Below, one piece after another: positions 17,451-27,097 of a stretch of 64,000 nucleotides of DNA. Numbering within the stretch: position 1 is the first letter of the stretch; each line of letters begins with the position of its first letter. Below the pieces are notes generated by a model. That model did not search any database. It had not been told where the DNA came from and was given only the letters and a program-made list of their open reading frames with translations. The translations under genes were made by a program, and so were the position numbers. The stretch is from assembly GCA_035593725.1 (NCBI GenBank), contig DAOSZN010000010.1, positions 2,308 to 66,307 on the forward strand, read 5' to 3'. This DNA comes from Bacillota bacterium (GTDB lineage Bacteria > Bacillota > SHA-98 > UBA4971).

Positions 17451-20186
17451 GTGATAAAACGATTCTTATCCATTCTTGTATTGATATTGCTGGCTGTCAT
17501 AGTTGTCTTTTCGCGTCCGCTCGCAGGTATTTTTACTGATATATTATGGTTTGACAACCTTGGTTACCTAAGTGCGTTCTTGATTCCCATTTCATCAAAA
17601 CTGATTACAGGAATCATTGCCGGCCTGGTATCCTTTGTATTTCTATATGCTAATCTCAGTTTTACAGCAAGGAGAATAGGCAAATCCCGACGTGTTGCTG
17701 AACGCTATCCTGACGCTCCTCCTGAGCAAATGGCAAGGTCTATCCGCCGCACATTCCTGGTGTTTGCGATTTTGGCTGCGGTGCTTGCAGGAGCTGCCAT
17801 GTCATCTCAGTGGTTGACAGTCCAAACCTTCTTGAACCGGACTGCCACAGGTATTACGGATCCCCTCTTTGACATGGATGAGGGTTATTACTTGTTTGTT
17901 CTACCATTTCAGCTCATAGTGTATCGGATGTCAATTTCTCTTGTCGTTGCTGCTCTTGTAGGAGTTCTTGCTCTTTATATGTTCACAGGTTCTATTCATA
18001 TAAAGGGCTTATGGAGTGGCGAAGGGGAAGGGGCAGCCAAGTTCCATGTAGGAGCCCTGGCAGCAGCGGCCTTATTCCTCAAGGCATGGGGATATAGACT
18101 TCAAGCCCTTACTTTAGTGTATTCCACCAGGGGAGTGGTATTCGGGGCCGGTTTCACAGATGTGCATGCCCTCCTTCCCGGGCTTCGTATCCTTGCTGTT
18201 CTGGCGATTGTCCTTGGAATCCTGGTGCTTGTCAGTGTATTTGTACGCACCCGGAAACTCTTGATTACGACCGCAGTGGTTTTTGTCGCTTGCTCATTTA
18301 TCCTCGGCGGAGTATTCCCCGACCTTGTTCAGAAGTTCGCTGTTGAGCCCAGCGAGTTGTCAAGGGAAACGCCTTACATTGCGTATAATATTGAGTCCAC
18401 CCGCAGAGCTTTCGGCTTGGATAAAATAACTGTCAAGTCTTTAGATGTCAATAATGATCTCACATTCGAGACGCTTGCTGAGGAACATAAGGATACAATA
18501 GAAAACATAAGACTCTGGGACTGGCGTTCACTGGGCCAGACTTACGGGCAGCTCCAGGAGATCCGGGCTTACTATGATTTCTATGATATAGACTTAGATA
18601 GGTACCCGGTAGGAGATAGAACCCTGCAGATGGCATTATCAGCCCGGGAACTGTCTTTGAGTCTCCTTCCGTCACAAGCCAGGACTTGGGTCAGTGAGCA
18701 CTTAGTATATACTCACGGCTATGGACTTGCCATGAGCCCAACCGGCGAAGTTTCAAAAGAAGGGCTTCCTAAGTTTACCATCTCGGATATCCCACCACGA
18801 TCATCTTATCCCGGATTCGATGTGACCCGGCCTGAGCTCTATTATGGCGAGAAGACCGATAGTTATGTCATAGTCAACACTGCCTCAAAGGAGTTTGATT
18901 ACCCTGAAGGAGATTCCAACGCATATACGGTCTACGAAGGGACAGGAGGGGTTCAGCTCTCCTCGTTAATCCGAAGAATAGCTTTTGCACTGCGCTTTGG
19001 CACTTCCAAGCTGTTATTCTCTGCAGATATCGGTCCGGAGAGCCGTGTGCTGTTTGATCGGAACATAAAGGATCGGGTGAAGAAAATCGCGCCGTTTCTT
19101 AAGTACGATGAAGATCCTTATCTCGTCTTGGTTGACGGCAGGCTTTTTTGGATGTGGGACGCATATACAGTGAGCAGGCTTTATCCGTATTCCCAGCCTA
19201 CCTATGAAGGTTTCAACTATATCCGAAATTCTGCAAAAATCGTAATAGACGCCTACAGCGGGGATGTCACCTTCTATCTGTTCGATCCTTCTGACCCTAT
19301 TGCTAAGACCCTGTCAAAGATTTTCAAGGGGCTGTTTAAGCCTTTTGATGACATGCCTGACGCTCTTAAGGCGCATGTGCGTTACCCTGCGGACCTCTTT
19401 GAGATCCAATCACGAGTGCTTTGTCTCTATCACATGACCAGGCCTGACACATTCTATAACACGGGAGACAGCTGGGAATTCCCTGTGGAAGTCTACGGGC
19501 AGGAGCGTGTCGAGGTATCGCCTTACTATGTGTTCATGAAAACACCCGGAGAGGAGCAGGCAGAGTACCTGTTAATCTTGCCTTTTGTACCTTCAGGCAA
19601 AGATAATATGATCGGATGGCTCATGGCAAGGTGCGATGTACCGCGCTTAGGAGAGCTGGTTTTGTACACTTTCCCCAAGGACAGACTAGTATATGGGCCG
19701 ATGCAGGTTGAATCCAGAATAGACCAGCACCCTGAAATATCCCAAGCCTTGACTCTCTGGAGCCAACGGGGATCTAAGGTCGTCAGAGGCAATCTCTTGG
19801 TAATCCCTATCGAGCGTTCTCTCTTATATGTGGAGCCTCTCTACCTTTTGGCTGAACGGAGTGAGTTGCCGGAACTAAGGAGAGTGATCGTCGCGTTCGG
19901 GGACTCAGTAGCTATGGGAAATACGTTGGAAGACGCTCTTCGATCAGTTTTTGCTGCAGTATCCGGCGATGTCCGAAGAGCTGAAGTCAGAGAGACTGTG
20001 GGCTCCGGTCTTCAGGATGTTGTCCCTAAGGCACAAGATTTGACTGTGCGGGCATTAGTGGAAGATGCCATCAGAGCTTACGAAGAAGCTGACAAGTATC
20101 TCAGCCAAGGGGATTTTGCAGGATTCGGAGAGTCCCTGGCCGAACTCGGAAGATTGCTTGAGGAGCTGAAAGAGAGGACGGAGTAG
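17451..20186 (+). CDS. UPF0182-family large membrane protein
   Basis: 911 aa, N-terminal TM helices with FTDILWFDNLGY motif, long extracytoplasmic domain, Glu-rich C-terminus; GGGGGG SD + GTG. Confidence 0.5.
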   Translation: MIKRFLSILVLILLAVIVVFSRPLAGIFTDILWFDNLGYLSAFLIPISSKLITGIIAGLVSFVFLYANLSFTARRIGKSRRVAERYPDAPPEQMARSIRRTFLVFAILAAVLAGAAMSSQWLTVQTFLNRTATGITDPLFDMDEGYYLFVLPFQLIVYRMSISLVVAALVGVLALYMFTGSIHIKGLWSGEGEGAAKFHVGALAAAALFLKAWGYRLQALTLVYSTRGVVFGAGFTDVHALLPGLRILAVLAIVLGILVLVSVFVRTRKLLITTAVVFVACSFILGGVFPDLVQKFAVEPSELSRETPYIAYNIESTRRAFGLDKITVKSLDVNNDLTFETLAEEHKDTIENIRLWDWRSLGQTYGQLQEIRAYYDFYDIDLDRYPVGDRTLQMALSARELSLSLLPSQARTWVSEHLVYTHGYGLAMSPTGEVSKEGLPKFTISDIPPRSSYPGFDVTRPELYYGEKTDSYVIVNTASKEFDYPEGDSNAYTVYEGTGGVQLSSLIRRIAFALRFGTSKLLFSADIGPESRVLFDRNIKDRVKKIAPFLKYDEDPYLVLVDGRLFWMWDAYTVSRLYPYSQPTYEGFNYIRNSAKIVIDAYSGDVTFYLFDPSDPIAKTLSKIFKGLFKPFDDMPDALKAHVRYPADLFEIQSRVLCLYHMTRPDTFYNTGDSWEFPVEVYGQERVEVSPYYVFMKTPGEEQAEYLLILPFVPSGKDNMIGWLMARCDVPRLGELVLYTFPKDRLVYGPMQVESRIDQHPEISQALTLWSQRGSKVVRGNLLVIPIERSLLYVEPLYLLAERSELPELRRVIVAFGDSVAMGNTLEDALRSVFAAVSGDVRRAEVRETVGSGLQDVVPKAQDLTVRALVEDAIRAYEEADKYLSQGDFAGFGESLAELGRLLEELKERTE

Positions 20187-20188
20187 GT

Positions 20189-21109
20189 TTGGTAAAAGTT
20201 GTGGTGGAATCCGACGGTTGTGATGTACGGTTCTCGAAAATAGCCCCATTTAGCCTTAAAGACACCCTCATGTGTGGCCAGGCGTTTAGATGGAAAAGCA
20301 CAAGCAATGACCTTTGCGCGTATACCGGTGTCGTTAAAGGAAAAGTCCTTAAGGTCAGGCAGGAGGATGACTGCTTGATCTTAGAAGGCCCGGTGGATGA
20401 AGACACTGTGCGTATGACCTTGGATTACTTCGCTCTTGATGTTGATTTGGGAGAGATTGAGAATAAGCTGAGGGAAATTGACCCGGCAGTCGGTACTGCA
20501 ATTGACTTTGCTCCCGGAATACGCCTTCTCAGGCAGGATCCTTGGGAAGCGATGGTAACCTTTATTATCTCAGCGCGAAACTCTATGCCTCTTATTCGTC
20601 GATCCGTGGAGCTTTTGGCTGAAAAACACGGGGTTCCGATTTCTGAAAGGCGTCAGGGAGACTCCTGTGACGTGCATTTTAGCTTTCCAAGCCCTAAGAT
20701 GTTGGCGGAAGCAGCTGTTGAAGAGCTCCTGGAGTGCAGGACAGGTTTTAAGGCGCCTTATATAAGAGAGGCTGCGGAAAGGATTGCGTTCGGGGGTTTT
20801 GATCTGTACGGAGTCGGGGATTTGGAATACGAGGAAGCAAAGAGTAAACTCATGGAATTTAAGGGAGTGGGCAGCAAAGTAGCTGACTGTATCCTCTTGT
20901 TCGCTTTCGGGTTTTATCAGGCATTTCCTATAGATGTATGGGTTACCCGAATTATGCGCTATCTTTATTTTGACAGCAAGAAGGTGCCGCTTCGTGTCAT
21001 TTCAGAATTTGCCCATGAAAAATTCGGCGATTTAGCCGGATATGCCCAACAGTACCTGTTCTATTACGCCAGAAACAAGCTGGGCCCGGAGATACGTGGG
21101 CTTGAGTAA
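20189..21109 (+). CDS. ogg: 8-oxoguanine DNA glycosylase (OGG1-type HhH-GPD)
   Basis: N-terminal CGQAFRW motif, HhH-GPD helix-hairpin-helix LMEFKGVGSKVADCILLFAFG with catalytic K/D. Confidence 0.75.
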   Translation: MVKVVVESDGCDVRFSKIAPFSLKDTLMCGQAFRWKSTSNDLCAYTGVVKGKVLKVRQEDDCLILEGPVDEDTVRMTLDYFALDVDLGEIENKLREIDPAVGTAIDFAPGIRLLRQDPWEAMVTFIISARNSMPLIRRSVELLAEKHGVPISERRQGDSCDVHFSFPSPKMLAEAAVEELLECRTGFKAPYIREAAERIAFGGFDLYGVGDLEYEEAKSKLMEFKGVGSKVADCILLFAFGFYQAFPIDVWVTRIMRYLYFDSKKVPLRVISEFAHEKFGDLAGYAQQYLFYYARNKLGPEIRGLE

Positions 21110-21280
21110 GATTCACAGGCTTCGACTTGCTGTATGGTAAGTGATGGGAAAGGCGTATCTTGTCAATATGAGTAGAAGGAATAGAATATGAGCATAGAGA
21201 ATTAAGTTACGAAATACATTCTTCGTTCTTGCTTGACTGAATTTCTTTGGGAATCTTGACTATGGCCAGGAGGAGTTTTT

Positions 21281-21373
21281 ATGGCAGGAAAAGTCCCATC
21301 GAAGAAGGAAAAAAAGAAGCCTAAGAAGCAAAAACCTGAGCAGGTTAAATCCCAAAACATATCAAAAATATGA
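21281..21373 (+). CDS. Lysine-rich small protein (30 aa)
   Basis: ATG preceded by AGGAGG; MAGKVPSKKEKKKPKKQKPEQVKSQNISKI; no homology assignable. Confidence 0.3.
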   Translation: MAGKVPSKKEKKKPKKQKPEQVKSQNISKI

Positions 21374-21432
21374 TTTCTCATGAAACAGTGAGTTTTTTGC
21401 TTAGGTAATAAACATAGAAGGAGTAGAAGGGC

Positions 21433-22470
21433 GTGGCGCGTAGAAGAAACGGATTATTTGTCAAAGATATGGCTATAGATCTTGGTACCGCAAACTCTCT
21501 TGCATATGTTGCAGGACGGGGCGTGGTTATAATTGAACCTTCGGTGGTCGCTATAGATGAGATATCAAATGAGGTAATTGCCGTAGGCGATGAAGCGAAG
21601 AGGATGATAGGTAGAACACCCGGCGCTATCCGTGCGGTACGGCCTTTGAAACAGGGGGTAATTGCCAGCTTTGATATGACAAAGCATCTTCTCCGCCATC
21701 TGATTCTGCGTGGTTGCAGAGGAAGGATGATTGTCAGGCCACGCGTTATTGTTTCAGTCCCTGCATATGTAACTGAAGTTGAGCGTCGTGCAGTAATCGA
21801 TGCTACCGTTGAGGCAGGCGCAAGAGCTGCGTTCTTAATTGAAGAGCCGGTTGCTGCAGCTATCGGTGTAGGGCTTCCTGTCCAGGAACCTACAGGCAGT
21901 ATGGTAGTGGACATAGGAGGAGGCATGACTAACTCAGCGGTCATCTCGTTGGGAGGCATTGTGTCAGGCCGTTCTGCCAGAGTCGGCGGGGATGACATGG
22001 ATGAGGCTATTATCAAATACGTCCGAAAGAACTACAACCTTATGATAGGGGAACGGACCGCTGAGGATATAAAGACTAACATCGGATCAGTCTGGCCTCT
22101 GGATGAGGAACTCTCTATGGAAGTCCGAGGCAGAGACTATGTAACCGGACTGCCAAAGGGAATAACCTTATCATCGGTTGAAGTCCGGGACGCTTTGGCT
22201 GAACCTATGGCTGTTATTGCCGGCGGTGTCAGGAGCACGCTGGAAGATACCCCTCCCGAGCTTGTAGGAGATATCATAGATAGAGAGATTGTCGTCACAG
22301 GCGGCGGCGCTTTGCTTCGTGGCATAGATAAGTATTTTGCGAAGGAAACCGGCATTCGTGTCAAATGTGTGGAGAATCCCTTATTGAGTGTTGTGACAGG
22401 CGCAGGCAGGGCTCTCGAGGAGATCGATCTTTTGGAGAGAATCGCAACTGCCGGAAGTAAGGCGAAATAG
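21433..22470 (+). CDS. mreB: MreB/Mbl-family actin-like rod-shape protein
   Basis: IDLGTANS, EPSVVAI, GRTPG, VIVSVPA..., DIGGG motifs of MreB; no mreCD downstream, so likely a paralog. Confidence 0.85.
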   Translation: MARRRNGLFVKDMAIDLGTANSLAYVAGRGVVIIEPSVVAIDEISNEVIAVGDEAKRMIGRTPGAIRAVRPLKQGVIASFDMTKHLLRHLILRGCRGRMIVRPRVIVSVPAYVTEVERRAVIDATVEAGARAAFLIEEPVAAAIGVGLPVQEPTGSMVVDIGGGMTNSAVISLGGIVSGRSARVGGDDMDEAIIKYVRKNYNLMIGERTAEDIKTNIGSVWPLDEELSMEVRGRDYVTGLPKGITLSSVEVRDALAEPMAVIAGGVRSTLEDTPPELVGDIIDREIVVTGGGALLRGIDKYFAKETGIRVKCVENPLLSVVTGAGRALEEIDLLERIATAGSKAK

Positions 22471-22577
22471 GAATTGTCACAAGCGTCCCGATTTTTGTCA
22501 GATGGAATTGAAGAGCCAACATAAGGTTTGATTCCTTATATTGGCTCAAGTTGTCTTGGTACAACCTCAATCATAAA

Positions 22578-23987
22578 CTATGCGGCAGTTGTCTTCTTAT
22601 CAACTTTCTGGGATTGGGTTGCCAATGATACTACTATGAATATGACAAGGGATATCAAGGCCGCGTATATTTCCACAGGCGCACCGAAGATATTGGCTTT
22701 TGTCAGTATGCCCCAGAGGGCTACGATAGATCCGATTATCAGTGATGCCAAGGCTCCTTCTCTTGTAGCTGATTTCCATATAACCCCGCCCATGACAGGC
22801 ACAAATACGCCTGCACTGTACATTGTGTACGAGTATATAAGCGCATCTATTATTCCGGGCATTATAAGTGCGATAAGAAGGCCTAATATTCCCAGTAAGA
22901 TTGTGAAGTTCCTGGATATTGCAAGAAGCTTCTTTTCGTCTTTTATCTCGTCCACTTTGAACGTCTCTATCCAAAAGTCTTTCACTATATGGGATGTAGC
23001 TGCGGTTAAAAGAGAGTCGGCAGTTGACATTATGGCGGCCAGTATGGCAGCTAAAACTATTCCCCCAGCTACCGGATTCATCAGATTCTGTACTACCCAA
23101 GGGAAAGCATTGCCTCCTGTTTCCAGATCTGACAGCGCTCGTGCCCCCATGCCGATGATCGTCGGGAAGAATGCGACTACTACCAGGATAATACCGCCGA
23201 TTATCGATGCTGACTTAGCCACCTTCGCGTCTTTTGCCGCGAACAGTCTTTGATAAAAGTCCTGGCCGATGAGGGTGTACATTACCGTGGGAAGTAGGAG
23301 CCACATGATGCTGGATGTGCCGAGACCCCAAAAACTGAAGTAACCGGGTTTTACCCCTTTTGCCACAAGTGTCGCGGAAAGGGCTGCCATTCCGCCGGCG
23401 TTCGAAACGACCAAAGCAGCAGCTAATATCACACCAAGGGTTGCCAGTATCAATTGAACTGCATCAGTTATTGTAACTGCCCAGAGGCCGCCTAATGCAG
23501 TGTAAACAATAAAGACGAGTGTAGCGATGACGGCGCCGGTATTGCCTGTAATACCCAATATGCTCAATGCGCTTCTTGCCGAAAGCACCATGGCTGCCAG
23601 TATCCCTACCAGCGCAACGAGGGAAAGAAGCGAGCCCAGTATTCTTATGGTCTTTCCGCCGTATCTTTGCTCAAGGTAATCAGGTACAGTATAAAGTGCC
23701 AGGTCCCTGAACTTGCCTGCAGTGGCAAAGCCCAAAAGGAGGATGCCTATACCGCAGGACACACCATACCATGCGCCTGACCACCCATACAGAAAGCCGT
23801 ATTCACTGCCGCCCATAACCATCCCACCGCCGAAATGGGTGGCTGCAAGGGTGGCTGCACACATTGGAATCCCGAGTCTTCTGCCTGCCAGGAGAAAGTC
23901 AGTCATGCCTTTAATGTAACGCTTGTTGGACCACCAACCAATTGCCAGCATTGCCAACATATAGACAGCCACTATAAAAAGAATCAT
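22578..23987 (-). CDS. Sodium:solute symporter (SSS) family transporter
   Basis: 13-TM protein with SSS-family N-terminal pattern (GRRLG, FGGG, SEYG). Confidence 0.75.
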   Translation of the reverse strand: MILFIVAVYMLAMLAIGWWSNKRYIKGMTDFLLAGRRLGIPMCAATLAATHFGGGMVMGGSEYGFLYGWSGAWYGVSCGIGILLLGFATAGKFRDLALYTVPDYLEQRYGGKTIRILGSLLSLVALVGILAAMVLSARSALSILGITGNTGAVIATLVFIVYTALGGLWAVTITDAVQLILATLGVILAAALVVSNAGGMAALSATLVAKGVKPGYFSFWGLGTSSIMWLLLPTVMYTLIGQDFYQRLFAAKDAKVAKSASIIGGIILVVVAFFPTIIGMGARALSDLETGGNAFPWVVQNLMNPVAGGIVLAAILAAIMSTADSLLTAATSHIVKDFWIETFKVDEIKDEKKLLAISRNFTILLGILGLLIALIMPGIIDALIYSYTMYSAGVFVPVMGGVIWKSATREGALASLIIGSIVALWGILTKANIFGAPVEIYAALISLVIFIVVSLATQSQKVDKKTTAA

Positions 23988-24549
23988 GCCTGCACCTCCG
24001 TTTCGGAAGATTCACTCTCCTAAACATATGGGGAAAAAACGTTCCGGATACCGGATAGAGATGGATTCACACCTCCTTTGACTTTAATTGACCTCTCATC
24101 TTAGAGTCTACTCTTGATTTTGCATATTATATTGCAGATAATAGTCATGCTGCAAGAATATGGGAAGAAAATAGTGGGATAGTCTTTCCATGTAGCTTTC
24201 TAGATAATTGTTGTTTTCGGTGTAGTCTATCTATTCTATATTAGCAGTAATTTTCCTTCGAAATATTCAATGTATATTAGCGTCAGATATTAAGTTCTGT
24301 ATTTATGAAATGTCGAAATAAAATAGGATTCCGGTAGTACAAGCATGTGGCTGTAAATGCATTTTTCCATAATCCGCCCGGCGATTGTGTTTCGTCAATT
24401 TGCCGGTGTTGATTTCATCGCCATGTCCGACATTATTGTGTTTCTAAGATTTTTTGTCGTATGACAAGGAGTTTTGGTAAACGTAAAAGAAGTAAAAATC
24501 AAGCTCTTTTTCGGAAACGGCAACTGTGAATAAGGGGAGAATAATTAAT

Positions 24550-26526
24550 ATGTTACCCATGCTGAATATTGAAGAGAAGCTATTACTCCGTGCCAGCTGG
24601 AAAGATTTCATAGAACATGGAAAATCACCGGTGGACGTAGATCCGGTGATAGCTGCATCATGGCAGCGCAGCATGGATTGGAAGGTTGACCCTTTCCTTT
24701 CAGGAAACTGTCGCATACTGACTAAATCCGAACTTTCCGAAAGACTTGCGGATAACAAGAAAATCCTGGATATCGCGAAGCCTTACATGAGTGATATGCA
24801 TCAGGCTTTACGCGGGCTTGGGTATATGCTTTTTCTCACTGATACTGAGGGCTGGGTTCTTCATGCTGTCGGTGATAAAGAGATAATGGATGACTTCCAC
24901 GAAACACTCGACTTTCAGTTAGGTGTCAGCTGGCATGAAAGTGTAGTTGGCACTACTGCAGTGGGAATCGCCTTGCACCATTGTCAACCTGTGCCTTTCA
25001 TCGCTGAGGAGAAGTACTGCCTGATTCTCAAAGACCGGGCATGTGCAGCAGTGCCTATTAAAGACGCGAACTCAGGCGCAATCGCAGTTCTTGGTCTGGC
25101 GACTAACCTTCACAAAGTGGTTAGAATGGACAATACGGTCTTTGCGTTGCTTTGCGCAGCGCAAGCGGCTATCGAAAATAAGTTGCAACTGCTTCATTCC
25201 AAGGAGACGCTGCAGGTTATCGACAGCAGGTACCGGAAGGTTTTCGAATCTGTATCTGACGCTATTGTTATAGTTGACTGCAATGGTATTGTGAGCAGCA
25301 TTAACAGCAAGGCAGCAGAAATCCTGTCTGTTGATCCTGGCAAGGTTGTTAATCGTCCGGCAGCTGATATCTTAGGCTGCAACCCAATACTGCTTGAGAC
25401 CGGCACAGTGTTTTCCAAGCCTGCTTTATCTCCCCATGCTCCAAAACTTCATATAGAGAGCTTCTCCATTCCAGATCCCGGAGGCAGCAGGGAAGGATCT
25501 GTGGTAGTTGTCAGAAAACCTGACATCCTTGCTGACAATGGTGCTAAGGGTCTGAATAAAGCCTTTTATACGTTCGATGACATAATCGGAGAAAGCCGGG
25601 AGATTTGCGAGATCAAACAGATGCTGTCCAAAGCTGCGAAGGAATCTTGTCCTGTCATGATTAGCGGAGAGACGGGAACAGGTAAGGAGCTTTTTGCTCA
25701 TGCCGTTCATAACGCCGGTCCAAGAGCTGAAGGCCCGTTCATTGCCATTAACTGCGGCGCCATACCCCGAGAATTGATTGAGAGTGAGTTGTTCGGTTAT
25801 GAAGAAGGGGCTTTCACCGGGGCTCGCAAAGGTGGCCATAAGGGCAAGTTCGAGCAGGCAAGCGGAGGCACTCTTTTCCTTGATGAAATTGCCGACATGC
25901 CTATAGATACGCAAGTCAGCCTCCTTCGGGTCCTGGAGGAAAAACGAGTGACAAGAATTGGTTCACATGAGAGCATTCCCGTAGATGTCAGGATCATCTC
26001 TGCCACGAACAGAGATCCCGGGGATGAGGTGAAGAAAGGCAATATAAGAGAGGACTTGTTTTGGAGGCTCAATGTCATAAGCGTACGCTTGCCGTCCTTG
26101 GCAGAGCGGAAGGAAGATATTCCTCTCGTAATCGAGGATTTTCTGAAGAAACATTCGAGCTCCCGCGGGATTTCCTATGCTCTGAGCAATGAAACCCGGG
26201 CTATATTAATGGAGCATAACTGGCCTGGAAACATTCGTGAGCTCAAGAATGTCATAGAAAGAAGTGTGGTGTTCGCCGAAGACGGCGTAATCCTCCCAAG
26301 ACATCTTCCCCGGTATTTGCTGTCCGCATCCGGTAACACACAGTCCCATGGCTCGTTTTCATTGGAGGAGGCGGAGCGACAGGCTATAGTTCAAGCCCTC
26401 ATGAAGAGCAAAGGTAACATTACCGAAGCAGCGGAGCTTTTAGGTATTGCCCGCAATACCCTTTACAATAAGCTTCGTAAGTACAACATCGACTGTCCTA
26501 ACACAGGGGATCCCAGAGCGTGTTGA
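24550..26526 (+). CDS. Sigma-54-dependent Fis-family transcriptional activator (GAF-PAS-AAA+-HTH)
   Basis: GETGTGKELFA Walker A, ESELFGYEEGAFTGA (GAFTGA), RVLEE..R finger region, C-terminal Fis HTH; AAGGGGAGA SD 9 nt before ATG 24550. Confidence 0.85.
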   Translation: MLPMLNIEEKLLLRASWKDFIEHGKSPVDVDPVIAASWQRSMDWKVDPFLSGNCRILTKSELSERLADNKKILDIAKPYMSDMHQALRGLGYMLFLTDTEGWVLHAVGDKEIMDDFHETLDFQLGVSWHESVVGTTAVGIALHHCQPVPFIAEEKYCLILKDRACAAVPIKDANSGAIAVLGLATNLHKVVRMDNTVFALLCAAQAAIENKLQLLHSKETLQVIDSRYRKVFESVSDAIVIVDCNGIVSSINSKAAEILSVDPGKVVNRPAADILGCNPILLETGTVFSKPALSPHAPKLHIESFSIPDPGGSREGSVVVVRKPDILADNGAKGLNKAFYTFDDIIGESREICEIKQMLSKAAKESCPVMISGETGTGKELFAHAVHNAGPRAEGPFIAINCGAIPRELIESELFGYEEGAFTGARKGGHKGKFEQASGGTLFLDEIADMPIDTQVSLLRVLEEKRVTRIGSHESIPVDVRIISATNRDPGDEVKKGNIREDLFWRLNVISVRLPSLAERKEDIPLVIEDFLKKHSSSRGISYALSNETRAILMEHNWPGNIRELKNVIERSVVFAEDGVILPRHLPRYLLSASGNTQSHGSFSLEEAERQAIVQALMKSKGNITEAAELLGIARNTLYNKLRKYNIDCPNTGDPRAC

Positions 26527-26747
26527 TAACCAAATTGTGGATCCCGGTGTTGCAGGTTTGGCCTCCCACCCGGATTTTTCCGGCTAATCCTGACACAGGT
26601 CACCCTTAGAGTGTCTTAAGAACTAACACACTGTTAGATTATTTAACAAAGGTTATTCCTTCATAGGAATTCGAAGAATGTTTCTCTTTTTGAATGAGCC
26701 CTGCCTTGTCAGCCTAAACAGTCCGTTTTGCATCTGCTGTCCACACT

Positions 26748-26763
26748 TGGCATCGTTCTTGCA
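26748..26763 (+). promoter_or_regulatory. Sigma-54 (-24/-12) promoter TGGCATCGTTCTTGCA
   Basis: GG and GC spaced exactly as in TGGCAC-N5-TTGCA consensus; located between the EBP gene and the downstream operon. Confidence 0.6.
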
Positions 26764-27097
26764 ATTATAAACTGAAAGTGGACGCCATTACATGGCTATG
26801 ATGCTTCTATGACGGCCATCGCGCATATATTGTGGCGTTATTATTCCGGGCGGCGTCCCCTGCGCAGGGCCATGGAGTCCTTATGGCGCCCATATAGTCG
26901 CAATCACAGCCGCGACTGTAGTATGGCAATATGGGATAAGCTATGTTTGAGCAGGCGACTACAGCTATTGTGCCGGAGCTTGGGTTATCGTGGTATAGCC
27001 CAAGGCATGGCAGCAGGGGCTATCCGGTCATAACCTATGGCGGTAACTTGGGCTATCGAGCCATGACTATGGCTGTCACAAGAGAGGAGGGTTTTAC

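Noticed and set aside
24000-24530. Search for a sigma-54 promoter or UAS in the AT-rich region between the SSS transporter and the EBP gene
   Set aside because: No GG-N10-GC element with correct spacing on either strand; only AT-rich sequence typical of a divergent sigma-A promoter region.
27030-27090. Second putative -24/-12 element (TGGCGGTAACTTGGGC) closer to the 27098 start
   Set aside because: GG-to-GC spacing is off by one from the strict sigma-54 requirement.
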